Source: a phage
Sequence record: PZ754631.1
Reading direction: 5' to 3' (one strand)
DNA: 51,438 nucleotides
Part shown: piece by piece, positions 20,900 to 29,625 of the stretch
How the letters are laid out: every line of letters starts with the position of its first letter
Position numbering within the stretch: the first letter of the stretch is position 1
Notes under the pieces: generated by a model
What the model was told of the DNA's origin: nothing
Databases searched by the model: none
The model's input: the letters and a program-made list of their open reading frames with translations, nothing else
Translations under genes and position numbers: made by a program

Positions 20900-20943
20900 A
20901 CTATACACGATCTTGCGGTGGGCGTTTAGCAAAAAGTGCTATT
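20900..20943 (-). promoter_or_regulatory. early promoter cassette (minus) driving Cor-like lipoprotein
   Basis: on minus strand AATAGCACTTTTTGCTAAA, 19-bp spacer, TATAGT. Confidence 0.5.
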
Positions 20944-21038
20944 CTTGTTCTTTTTGTTATCCGGTGTTCTCAAATCTGCGGAGTCTTAAATTTAGCTCAA
21001 AAAGTGAACAACAATAGAGCGCAATACATACAGATAAA

Positions 21039-21120
21039 TATATACATACATATAAATCAATAAGTTAGTAGTATATATGTTTATATTTGTTTTTCTTGTT
21101 ATCTATGTTTTGTGTGATTT
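21039..21120 (+). repeat. ~75 bp AT-rich element with IHF-consensus core, copy 1
   Basis: exact 16-mer AAATCAATAAGTTAGT (21054-21069) matching WATCAANNNNTTR, followed by TATATATGT..TTATATTTGTTT..CTTGTT shared with copy 2. Confidence 0.6.
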
Positions 21121-21311
21121 TGTGTGTCTGGTGATTTTTTATGTGGTTGTGTATGTGTCAGTGTCTGTGTGTGTCTATATATCTATATCCGGCGCAAATT
21201 GAGGAACAAGAGAACAAAAAGACAACAAAGATATTTATCAATCACTTACATGTAAGTTTTGTTATCAAAGCTGGACAGAACGTTGCTAGAACAGAAAAAA
21301 CAAAACAACTA

Positions 21312-21339
21312 TTGACTAAACGCATCAAATAGCTACAAT
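21312..21339 (+). promoter_or_regulatory. sigma70-type promoter for recombination module
   Basis: TTGACT, 16-bp spacer, TACAAT; ATG about 30 nt downstream. Confidence 0.55.
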
Positions 21340-21368
21340 GCAGGCATACCAACCAACGAGGGCAAATC

Positions 21369-22430
21369 ATGAATAAGTTTATGGCGTACACCAGCGAAGA
21401 AATGAGTAACGAGCTTTATCACGATCCAGAAGCGTGGACGGCTGATTATGTTAGCGGCTCAAGCCTGGCAGAGATTTACAGCACATGCCCGGCAGCGTGG
21501 AAGTTCAAGCCGCGTGACGACAAGAGCAAGGCGCTAGTTTTTGGTACGCAGTCGCATACCAACTTTGAAAGCAGTGAGCTTTTCGAAAAAACCTATCGCC
21601 GTGCGCCAGCGCCAGAAGACTTTAAGGATCTGATAACCAGCCAAACGGCGCTTGCTGCAAAGCTAAAATCATTTGGCCTGAAAGGTACAACAGGAAAGAC
21701 TTACCCTGAACTTATAAAAATGTTGGTTGACTGCGGAGAAGACCTTAACGTTATGTGGTTAATCGACATGATCGCAGAAAGCCAGGCCATGGCCGATGGG
21801 GTTCAGTTAATCGAAGCTAAAGATTACGATGCGTGCGTGGCAATGCGCCAGGTTCTGGAATCAATACCGGAACATAACGCATGTATGAATAGCAAGACGG
21901 CACAACGTGAATTATCGTTGTTCGGTGAAATCAACGGCGTAAAAGTCAAAGTGCGATGCGATCACGTTGACGTAACAAAGAACGTCACCGCAACGCTGAT
22001 TGATGGTTACGATGAAAAAGGTCAGCCAATTTGCCGCGATATTATTTATCCAGAGGCCATTGTGATCACAGACTACAAAACCACAATGAGCGCGAATCCG
22101 GCTGAGTTTATGCGCCTGGCTTACAATCACGGCTATTATTTGAAAATGGCGTTGCAATGTGATTTATTCAGAAAAGCGTATCCAGAAGAAAAGCGACCTA
22201 TAGTTGTGCGACTGTTAGCGCAAGAGAAGAAAGAGCCTTATTTGCCGTTGGCTTTCCGCATGAACAGCGAGCAATTGAAGATCGGGCGCATTCAGTACAT
22301 GAGCGTAATTAACCAGTTTGCCATGTGCCAGCAACATAACGTTTGGCCTTCGTATTCAAACGGCGAGCCGGAGGTTTGCCTTGATACTCCTGATTGGGTG
22401 CGACGCCAGTTTAAGCAATATCTTATTTAA
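21369..22430 (+). CDS. RecB/Cas4-family (PD-(D/E)XK) exonuclease
   Basis: 353 aa; motifs CDHVD and ITDYKTT typical of RecB-like nuclease core; upstream of Erf and SSB. Confidence 0.65.
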   Translation: MNKFMAYTSEEMSNELYHDPEAWTADYVSGSSLAEIYSTCPAAWKFKPRDDKSKALVFGTQSHTNFESSELFEKTYRRAPAPEDFKDLITSQTALAAKLKSFGLKGTTGKTYPELIKMLVDCGEDLNVMWLIDMIAESQAMADGVQLIEAKDYDACVAMRQVLESIPEHNACMNSKTAQRELSLFGEINGVKVKVRCDHVDVTKNVTATLIDGYDEKGQPICRDIIYPEAIVITDYKTTMSANPAEFMRLAYNHGYYLKMALQCDLFRKAYPEEKRPIVVRLLAQEKKEPYLPLAFRMNSEQLKIGRIQYMSVINQFAMCQQHNVWPSYSNGEPEVCLDTPDWVRRQFKQYLI

Positions 22431-22511
22431 ACAGCACAAATAGCTAAACAAATGAAAAATGCGGTGTTATAATTCACCGCATAAGTTAACAACAAGCGTA
22501 AGGAAATAAAC

Positions 22512-22790
22512 ATGGAAAACAAACAAGTGTCAGAGGTAGCAATTCATATCAATAATTTTGCAACTGGCATAGCTATGTTGCTTCGTGACTTTGTTGCGCC
22601 GCTTGATCCAACGGCAGGCGCAGAAGAAATGGAGTACATCAGAAAAGTAATGGATGCAGTCGATAACGTCGTACTTGTTGCAACAATGAGCGAAGACAAC
22701 GAGGAAGCAATCAAGGCAGTAAAAGAAAGTTCTGATCGCATGATGGAAAATCTAATTAAATTACACACCAAAGAAGAAACAAAACATTAA
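22512..22790 (+). CDS. hypothetical protein
   Basis: 92 aa acidic ORF with RBS and own -10 box. Confidence 0.5.
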   Translation: MENKQVSEVAIHINNFATGIAMLLRDFVAPLDPTAGAEEMEYIRKVMDAVDNVVLVATMSEDNEEAIKAVKESSDRMMENLIKLHTKEETKH

Positions 22791-22835
22791 CAGTAACAAG
22801 GCGGCGAAAGCCGCCATTAATTACGGGAATTAATC

Positions 22836-23492
22836 ATGAAACTATCAGAGCAATTCGACAAGGTTTTACCAGCACTGCACAAGGCGCGCAGTTTGTTTGT
22901 AAAGGTTAAGAAGGATAAACAAAATACACACTTAAAAAACCGTTACGCTACACTTGATGCCGTTCTTGATGCAATCACTCCAGCATTGAACGATAACGAG
23001 CTAATGTTGATGCAGGATATGATTGAAAGCGAACAACCTAACCGCATCAAAGTTGAAACAACAGTTCTTCATGTTTCCGGTCAGTGGGTGAAATTCTATG
23101 CTGAATTACCAATCGTTAAAAACGATCCTCAAGGCGTCGGATCTGCATTCACATACGCGCGTCGTTATGCAGCCGCAGCAGCATTTGGCTTAAGCCAGGC
23201 AGACGATGACGCACAGATTGCCGTTAAATCTGCAAACGACTGGAAGCGTGACATTGAGAAATGCGAAAGCGTAAACGAATTGCAAGAAGTGCTTAAATCA
23301 GCATGGAAGGCAAGCGATCCGGCAAGCAAGCAGGTAATTAAAGAGCATTACGAGAAGCGCAAGGCAGAGCTTGAGATCGGCAAAGCACGAGGATTTAATC
23401 CAGCGCAACCAAAGCAAAATCTCGCCTCGCCAGAAGTTGACACAAAAAACGACGAGCAAGTAAAATCACAAAGTATCACTGATTTTGAATAA
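22836..23492 (+). CDS. erf: ERF-family single-strand annealing protein
   Basis: 218 aa; [13 protein letters not shown] region resembling ERF family; between exonuclease and SSB. Confidence 0.7.
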   Translation: MKLSEQFDKVLPALHKARSLFVKVKKDKQNTHLKNRYATLDAVLDAITPALNDNELMLMQDMIESEQPNRIKVETTVLHVSGQWVKFYAELPIVKNDPQGVGSAFTYARRYAAAAAFGLSQADDDAQIAVKSANDWKRDIEKCESVNELQEVLKSAWKASDPASKQVIKEHYEKRKAELEIGKARGFNPAQPKQNLASPEVDTKNDEQVKSQSITDFE

Positions 23493-23536
23493 TTGACATG
23501 GGGCGCTTGCGCCCCTTTCTTACAGGAGAATAAATA

Positions 23537-23989
23537 ATGCATATTATTACTGGTGAGATCCGAAAAGAGCCGCGAGTAAAGCAAATGCCTAACGGCAGCA
23601 CACTTTATGTAGTTGAACTTTCAGAGCGATACAAAGATAAAGATGGAAACTGGCAATATACAAACTACAGTTTCTTTTTTAATGCGAAAACTGACGGACT
23701 TAATGGTTGGTATGCTGAGGCGTTCCAGGTTGGCAAGGTTATTTCTGTTTCTTGTGACACGCTGCGCATTGAAACGCGCGAATATAACGGAAAGATGTAT
23801 TCAAGTTTAATGCCAGGCGGATTTGCAAATCTTATCTTCAGTCAGCGCGGGGAAAGCCAGCAACAATATCAGCAGCGAACGCAAGGAGGATGGGGGCAGC
23901 CACAACAACAGAATCAACCGCAACAACCGCAACAGCCAAGACAAAGCAATCAGCCTCCTATGGACTTTGACGACGACATTCCTTTCTGA
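23537..23989 (+). CDS. ssb: single-stranded DNA-binding protein
   Basis: 150 aa; OB-fold-like N-terminus, Gln/Pro-rich linker and acidic C-terminal tail DFDDDIPF. Confidence 0.85.
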   Translation: MHIITGEIRKEPRVKQMPNGSTLYVVELSERYKDKDGNWQYTNYSFFFNAKTDGLNGWYAEAFQVGKVISVSCDTLRIETREYNGKMYSSLMPGGFANLIFSQRGESQQQYQQRTQGGWGQPQQQNQPQQPQQPRQSNQPPMDFDDDIPF

Positions 23990-23994
23990 TCAAC

Positions 23995-24018
23995 AAAGGG
24001 GCATTACGCCCCTTTTTC
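23995..24018. terminator. bidirectional terminator between ssb and leftward cluster
   Basis: GGGGC-ATTAC-GCCCC flanked by A- and T-runs. Confidence 0.6.
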
Positions 24019-24261
24019 ACTTTCAGCCATCCCAAGCACGGCAATAACCTTAACAGCAATTCGCTTTGCAAGTTCAGTTTGATGAGCGTTAAGTTTTCCA
24101 GTGGTCATTATTGACAACATTCCGCTCATACTTCCAAGCCCGTTAAAATCTGACATTGCCGATTTCATGATTGAAATTGGTGAGTGACCTTCATCAGCTA
24201 TTGTGTGCGCTCTCTCTGACAGGTCTTTAACTACCTGATCAATTCCTTCACTTTTCGTCAT
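24004..24261 (-). CDS. hypothetical protein
   Basis: 85 aa; last gene of leftward tail-fibre-downstream cluster; ends at bidirectional terminator. Confidence 0.45.
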   Translation of the reverse strand: MTKSEGIDQVVKDLSERAHTIADEGHSPISIMKSAMSDFNGLGSMSGMLSIMTTGKLNAHQTELAKRIAVKVIAVLGMAESEKGA

Positions 24262-24739
24262 TTGCTTTTCCTTCAGGAGTTGATTGCTGTTCTGGCATTA
24301 CAGGCCACGGGCTAATTGATTCCCTTTCTGCTACTGGCTTTTCAGGTTCAATTCCTAAAAACTTTCCTACAAACTCACCAACAAAATTTGAGCTATCGCT
24401 TACATAAACATGCATCCTGTCTAGATCTGCAACCGTAACGCTATTTGGTGCGATCATGATCCTCTGTTGGTGAAAACCGATATACATCACATTAGCCGGA
24501 CGCTCAAGAGTCCCCATATTTGGCGCAATTACGCCCATTATCCAACAATAATGAATGTTGCCATCAAGCGGCTCACATCCAGCGTTAAGCCAGTTTACTT
24601 TCTGGTGAGGAAACGCCATTGATGAATCAGTAGCATCACGCCGTAACGACCATTTAACGCCGCCAATCTCAATGATTTGTTTCGGCCTCATTCCGTTGAA
24701 TTGAGTCACGCCAGCGCCATTTTGATTAATGTTTTGCAT
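24248..24739 (-). CDS. hypothetical protein
   Basis: 163 aa; overlaps neighbours by a few nt (translational coupling). Confidence 0.5.
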   Translation of the reverse strand: MQNINQNGAGVTQFNGMRPKQIIEIGGVKWSLRRDATDSSMAFPHQKVNWLNAGCEPLDGNIHYCWIMGVIAPNMGTLERPANVMYIGFHQQRIMIAPNSVTVADLDRMHVYVSDSSNFVGEFVGKFLGIEPEKPVAERESISPWPVMPEQQSTPEGKANDEK

Positions 24740-24753
24740 ATCGGTTAACCTTT

Positions 24754-25077
24754 TTACATTGATTTCATTTTACGCAATGCGCAGATACAAGCGGCAGCAA
24801 GATCGGTTAATTCTTTCTCAATGCCATGATGCGAGCCGTCTGCCTTTTCGGTCATTAGCTCTTTGTATTCCATTTCTACAATCGACATTAAGCCGCCTGG
24901 CTTGTCAATGTGCGCGTCCCAGGTTTTAGGATGGTGCTTAGTTCTTTCAATAACACTTCCCATAACTGAATCATGTTCATGATCTCGATCATAATCTCCA
25001 TCATGGTCCTTTCCTCCAATTACTACTCGCGGCAAATGCACGCGCGGTAAATGATAGCCAGCGACACGAATTTTCAT
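24754..25077 (-). CDS. hypothetical His-rich protein
   Basis: 107 aa with many His/Asp (HDGDYDRDHEHD, HH pairs); RBS AAGGGGA after a terminator. Confidence 0.5.
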   Translation of the reverse strand: MKIRVAGYHLPRVHLPRVVIGGKDHDGDYDRDHEHDSVMGSVIERTKHHPKTWDAHIDKPGGLMSIVEMEYKELMTEKADGSHHGIEKELTDLAAACICALRKMKSM

Positions 25078-25093
25078 GAGTATATCCCCTTAT

Positions 25094-25117
25094 AAAAAAG
25101 CGCCCCGAAAGGCGCTT
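25094..25117 (-). terminator. intrinsic terminator (minus strand) inside leftward cluster
   Basis: on minus strand AGCGCC-loop-GGCGCT followed by T-run. Confidence 0.55.
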
Positions 25118-25123
25118 GATTTA

Positions 25124-25828
25124 TTAGCAACCGCAGCAGCCAGTCGGCGGAGTCGCCGGAGTAGGCAACTTGAAGTTTACCAATTGCTCTACATGGTTGA
25201 TTTTGCAATTCAGTGCGGCGGTCTGGTTTGCCTGAGAAAGAGCAAAACGCGCTTCCTGCAACTGAGCTTTCATATCGCAAATCAAAACAGCCTGAGAATC
25301 AGCAAACTGTTGACGAATCAGATCTCGCGTTGCGTTACCTTGTCGCTCAATGTTCAGGTTAGTCTCGCAGCAACATCTCTCCGCTGCAATCTGCGCTTGA
25401 TAGGAACGCTCAAGAGCATTAACATCAGCAGCATTAATCGCAGCAACCGTCTGGTTAGTACCGCTAACAATCGCGGTATTCAGTCCGGCGAAACCTTGCA
25501 CCGATGCAAGCAGGTTTTGCGTATTCTGGCTGGTAATGCCGTTAAAGGTTGATGCGGCGGAGCGCTCAACGGCAAGGTTTGTGGAATTTTGACCTTGCAG
25601 AGTTTGCAGCCCCAGGTTGTTTACACCTGTCTGGATGTTATTAATACCATCAAGAACAGCGTTAGCACCGACGGCAACAGCAGCGCCATCACCACCATAG
25701 CCACCACGACCATTAAAGCCGTTACCAAACCATGACCCAATCAGGCCGCCAACAGCACCGCCAAGACCAGCCGCGCCAGCTTCGCCACCAAAACCACCAC
25801 CAGTAGGGAGTAAAGTCATATCTGACAT
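25124..25828 (-). CDS. Gly-rich protein with C-terminal Cys clusters
   Basis: start at MSDM with RBS AGAGGA; N-terminal poly-Gly region, central Gln/Asn/Thr-rich coiled region, CCC and CCGC clusters. Confidence 0.55.
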   Translation of the reverse strand: MSDMTLLPTGGGFGGEAGAAGLGGAVGGLIGSWFGNGFNGRGGYGGDGAAVAVGANAVLDGINNIQTGVNNLGLQTLQGQNSTNLAVERSAASTFNGITSQNTQNLLASVQGFAGLNTAIVSGTNQTVAAINAADVNALERSYQAQIAAERCCCETNLNIERQGNATRDLIRQQFADSQAVLICDMKAQLQEARFALSQANQTAALNCKINHVEQLVNFKLPTPATPPTGCCGC

Positions 25829-26006
25829 AGTAAATTCCTCTTTGACGTTAAAAAAATTAAAAAAAGTTTGCAACATTTATGTTACGACAAAGAGTATGCG
25901 CCAAATTACCAGGAATAGATATAAAACATTTGTAAGCGATATGTCAGCAAATGGCATAAAGACGAAAAAAGGCGCAGCCGTAGCCGCGCCTTGTGATTAT
26001 TTTTTG

Positions 26007-27977
26007 TTAACTCTCAAGAGTTGTGGGCTTGTTGATCAATGCAGAAACAGCCGCCTTCAGTTCTTCAACCTCCTTTTCAAGTTTTGATATTCTTTCTTTG
26101 TTTTCAACATCACGCGCACGTAGAGCCTTTATTGCAGCCAAGCCATCAAGAAGCATCGGAGTTTGGTCAAGATGCCAAAAACCCCCAACATCCTTAACAT
26201 ATTCTCGGTCGATCTGCTTAATTTGCTGTGATATAACCCCTCTTCTTGTTGCGCCTCTGATTTCTTTAGTATGATGCTCATCTTTAAACTTGAATAGCTT
26301 AAACTCCATTCTATCTATGTTTGATAGCGCGCATTCAACGTCAAGATTTCCTAGTACATCATTCATTCTTTCATCAGACACCGCCGACGTCGTTACTTGC
26401 GCCCATGCAGACCACGAAGAAGCATTTGTCTGTATCCTTGTATAAATGCGGTTAGATGTGTCGTAGAATCTCTGTTGGTTCCACCTGCCATTAACACCTT
26501 GTGATGCAGTTTTTCCTTGAGATAATCCTTGCGTTGTTTGTGTAAATAGAGAACCATACGCATTACCAGAATAAGGTGCGTTTGAGTAAGCCCCACCAAT
26601 ATTAAGCCATCCTTGAGGAACAACATTAAAATCCTTTACATCACCAATACCAAGTATATTTGAATTTCCGTTAGGAGAAAGACCACCATCAAACGATACA
26701 TACATCCTCAGTGTTGAGTCTGGCCTTGGTATAGTAACTATGTTTCTTCCAGTGCTGTTATTCCCATTCGCAAAGAACACATTTAAAGCAGTTGACCTGT
26801 CATTCTCAAAGGATATTCTTCTTCCTATTGTGCTGTCATCAACCTGACTAGTTTTTAATGTTATAGCAGGCCAGGTTGTATGTACTGTCATACCAGCAAA
26901 AGTAGGTGAGTGTTGACTATTAAGCCCGATATTGTTACGAATCCCATTTGCATCTTTCGCACCTGTTCCACCTTTATCTATTGGTAAAGCTATACCACTA
27001 TTTGATGTAGAATCCCATGCACCCCAATCGCCATTATTTTTTACGAAAATTCGCTTTGTTCCATCAGCACTTAAAACGAAAGTTTCACCAGATTCTTCAG
27101 TTGTCTGCTTCAATCTGTCTACGCTTAGGTTTTTTCTTGCCTCACCTTTATCTGCAACATCGCTAAGGTTGTTGTTTTTGTTAAGCATATTTGCCGGATT
27201 TATGCTATCCGCATATTCTTTCGCCTTATCTTCAGAAGCCTTAGCGGCATTTTTTGAAGCCAGAGCATCAGAAGCAGATCTGGCAGCTTCGCTTTTGCTT
27301 GTACTCGCCGCGATTTCTGAATTTTTGGCATTTGTCTCGGACGTCTTTGCTGCATTCTGAGAAGCGAGCGCAGCATCCTGAGAATTTTTAGCGGCAATCT
27401 TGCTTTCATTGGCTGCATTCTCTGAATTTTTGGCATTTGTCTCCGACGTCTTTGCTGCGATCTTGCTCGCGTTGGCTGCGTTTTCTGACTCTTTGGCATT
27501 AGTCTCTGACGCTTCTGCTTCGTTCTTTGAATTAAGCGCATCAGCAGCAGATCTTGCCGCGGCATCCTTACTTTGATTCGCAGACGCTGCGTTTTCTTCC
27601 ACCTGTTTAGCCAAATCCTGATAATGCTTCCAATCAAACGTCTTAAAAAATTCCAGCGCTTCCCCGATCTCTGATTCTTTACTCTGATAGTAGCGCAATG
27701 TTTCAGCTACATCTTGAGCAAGCCCATCAACAGTTATTGAGTCATGAAGCAAGATCGCGTAATTTGAGCGAGTAACTACCGCGCCACCAGTTGTAATTGC
27801 ACGAATGCTTGTATCGTTAATAACTTCAGTTATCACGGCAATCTGCAACGGCTGAGTTAAAAATACAATAGTTGCACCAGGGCGAATGAGCGTTAGTTGC
27901 TCTCGCCATTTCGTGTCGTATCCAGTGATATAACCTTGAGCGTCCATTGACGCTTGTCCGGTTCTGTAAATTGCCAT
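26007..27977 (-). CDS. tail fibre protein with C-terminal intramolecular-chaperone-like domain
   Basis: 656 aa (start at MAIYRTG with RBS AGGAGA); Ala/Ser/Asn/Lys/Glu-rich tandem repeats; C-terminal SDERMN segment resembling S74 self-cleaving chaperone domains. Confidence 0.7.
   Translation of the reverse strand: MAIYRTGQASMDAQGYITGYDTKWREQLTLIRPGATIVFLTQPLQIAVITEVINDTSIRAITTGGAVVTRSNYAILLHDSITVDGLAQDVAETLRYYQSKESEIGEALEFFKTFDWKHYQDLAKQVEENAASANQSKDAAARSAADALNSKNEAEASETNAKESENAANASKIAAKTSETNAKNSENAANESKIAAKNSQDAALASQNAAKTSETNAKNSEIAASTSKSEAARSASDALASKNAAKASEDKAKEYADSINPANMLNKNNNLSDVADKGEARKNLSVDRLKQTTEESGETFVLSADGTKRIFVKNNGDWGAWDSTSNSGIALPIDKGGTGAKDANGIRNNIGLNSQHSPTFAGMTVHTTWPAITLKTSQVDDSTIGRRISFENDRSTALNVFFANGNNSTGRNIVTIPRPDSTLRMYVSFDGGLSPNGNSNILGIGDVKDFNVVPQGWLNIGGAYSNAPYSGNAYGSLFTQTTQGLSQGKTASQGVNGRWNQQRFYDTSNRIYTRIQTNASSWSAWAQVTTSAVSDERMNDVLGNLDVECALSNIDRMEFKLFKFKDEHHTKEIRGATRRGVISQQIKQIDREYVKDVGGFWHLDQTPMLLDGLAAIKALRARDVENKERISKLEKEVEELKAAVSALINKPTTLES
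27250..27560 (-). repeat. in-frame tandem repeats inside tail fibre gene (~105 bp period with sub-repeats)
   Basis: near-identical 38-mers TCTGAATTTTTGGCATTTGTCTC(G/C)GACGTCTTTGCTGC at ~27316 and ~27421; protein-level NAK(N/E)SENAAN(A/E)SKIAAK repeats. Confidence 0.6.
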
Positions 27978-28035
27978 GCGTTTTCTCCTATGTTGCATGT
28001 TAATGTCAATGCAGATAATAGCATTTGCTAAGGCC

Positions 28036-28058
28036 AAAAAAAACCCCGCAATGCGGGG
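28036..28058 (-). terminator. intrinsic terminator (minus strand) between primase and tail fibre
   Basis: CCCCGC-AAT-GCGGGG with run of T on minus strand. Confidence 0.6.
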
Positions 28059-28075
28059 TAAATTAGCAGTGACAT

Positions 28076-29008
28076 TTAGAGAATTGATTCAGGTTTGAAA
28101 ACCCTCCTCTCTATCCCTTGCCTGTAATTATCATTAATCGGCATCATAATTTCAAGTCCTCTTTCCTCGGCAGCAATGATCGCGTCACGATCTGTGCTCT
28201 TACAGACAACTCGCATTCTTCTGTTGCCTTTGTACCTGTAAGCTACAATCTCAATGTTAGTTGCATCAAAACAGGCCCAAACCTCCTGACCAGTTGCAAG
28301 ATGAATATGTTGCGCATCAATCCAGTCAACGCAAAGATAGATCGTCTTATCTGTACTTCCTGTTCTCACAACCGATCCGCGCGTGTAGTCCTTTGCGAGA
28401 AAAGACTGTTTACCTTCTTCATCAATGAAAAGCACATTGCACATTTCATCATCAACATCATCGGAATGTACCAGGTAACATGGGAGCGCGTGAATGTATC
28501 GACCATCTTTAACGCCGCAATCATAATGACCATCTTCAGGCGGGTATATTCCTTCATATGTGCTTAACGGCGTGCGATCAAATTTTAATGTTTTTGACAT
28601 AACGCGCTCGCAGCATTCATGGCTTGCCTGCTTCCCAAACGAATAACCAGAATCACGAGACACTCGCTTATTTGCCTTGATTCTATAGTCCTGCGGAACT
28701 TTTCCAAGAAAGCGGCCCAAAATATTGATCACTTCGCTGTAAGGTTCTCCGGTTAGCTTCATGATCCAACCAATTCCAGTATCATTACCGCACACGTTGC
28801 AGATCGCACCGCCATCGCCTTTTTTATCGCCAAGTTTATCTGTCCACCTGAATCGATCCTTTCCGCCGCAGTGGGGGCAAGATTGATGCTTGCCGTTAAA
28901 AACTTCATTTGGAAGACCGCAAATACTTTGTAGCGCCTCACGCCACAATCCTTGCATATATGGGAGAACATCTTCCTTTTGGTAAACCATAAAGTTTTCG
29001 TTGTTCAT
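28076..29008 (-). CDS. DNA primase-like protein (zinc-ribbon)
   Basis: N-terminal CPHCGG...CNVCG zinc ribbon; between HTH protein and tail fibre on leftward unit; start choice uncertain. Confidence 0.6.
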   Translation of the reverse strand: MNNENFMVYQKEDVLPYMQGLWREALQSICGLPNEVFNGKHQSCPHCGGKDRFRWTDKLGDKKGDGGAICNVCGNDTGIGWIMKLTGEPYSEVINILGRFLGKVPQDYRIKANKRVSRDSGYSFGKQASHECCERVMSKTLKFDRTPLSTYEGIYPPEDGHYDCGVKDGRYIHALPCYLVHSDDVDDEMCNVLFIDEEGKQSFLAKDYTRGSVVRTGSTDKTIYLCVDWIDAQHIHLATGQEVWACFDATNIEIVAYRYKGNRRMRVVCKSTDRDAIIAAEERGLEIMMPINDNYRQGIERRVFKPESIL

Positions 29009-29062
29009 ATGCACCTCAAACAAAAAGCCTGACAGATGATAACATCATGCCAGGCATTGTTT

Positions 29063-29536
29063 TTAGCAATTAGTGCTTTCAGGTTTATACAGGAATCCGC
29101 CAGGTTCATAATCTGACATTCTTACCACTCGCAACATTTCACGCTTATCACATCTCTTTGTGAGCGGTTTACCATTGGAATCAAATCGCAGGTCTGGACG
29201 GCAGAATGAAGCGCGATAGCCTTGACAGCCATATTTTTTGTAATCGTTATGCACCTTTTGAGCGCCAGCGGCTGAAATCATACCGCGAACGCGCCACTGA
29301 TTTACAGTTTGCTGGCTAACGTTAAGACGCTTTGCCATTGCTGACACGCTGCCGTAATACTCAATAAGAATGTCAAGCCGTGCTTTTAGTCCGGCGCGCA
29401 CTTCATCTTTTAAAACATAGTATCCTGTAGGGCGCTTGCGCTTCTTCTTATCCTTCCCTCGTCGAGTTCCGTTGTTTCCATTAATTGTGCGCTTGTCAAT
29501 CTTGCCAGTTGATACTGCGATTCGCTGTTCTTTCAT
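29063..29536 (-). CDS. HTH DNA-binding protein (Cro/CI-type)
   Basis: 157 aa; basic N-terminus and HTH-like segment MAKRLNVSQQTVNQWRVRGMIS. Confidence 0.6.
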   Translation of the reverse strand: MKEQRIAVSTGKIDKRTINGNNGTRRGKDKKKRKRPTGYYVLKDEVRAGLKARLDILIEYYGSVSAMAKRLNVSQQTVNQWRVRGMISAAGAQKVHNDYKKYGCQGYRASFCRPDLRFDSNGKPLTKRCDKREMLRVVRMSDYEPGGFLYKPESTNC

Positions 29537-29548
29537 TATTCATTCTCC

Positions 29549-29592
29549 AATAGCATTTTTTGTTAAACGATGATTTAATGATTGTGTATTAT
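29549..29592 (+). promoter_or_regulatory. early promoter cassette driving helicase operon
   Basis: AATAGCATTTTTTGTTAAAC, 18-bp spacer, TATTAT. Confidence 0.5.
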
Positions 29593-29625
29593 ACACGCCA
29601 AATGGCATTACTCAAAGGTTTTAGA

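Noticed and set aside
21100-21190. GT-rich short repeats (TGTGTG, GTCTGTGTGTGTC) considered as a CRISPR array or microsatellite
   Set aside because: No regular repeat-spacer periodicity and no cas genes; it is a compositionally skewed tract, reported only as part of the IHF-like element finding.
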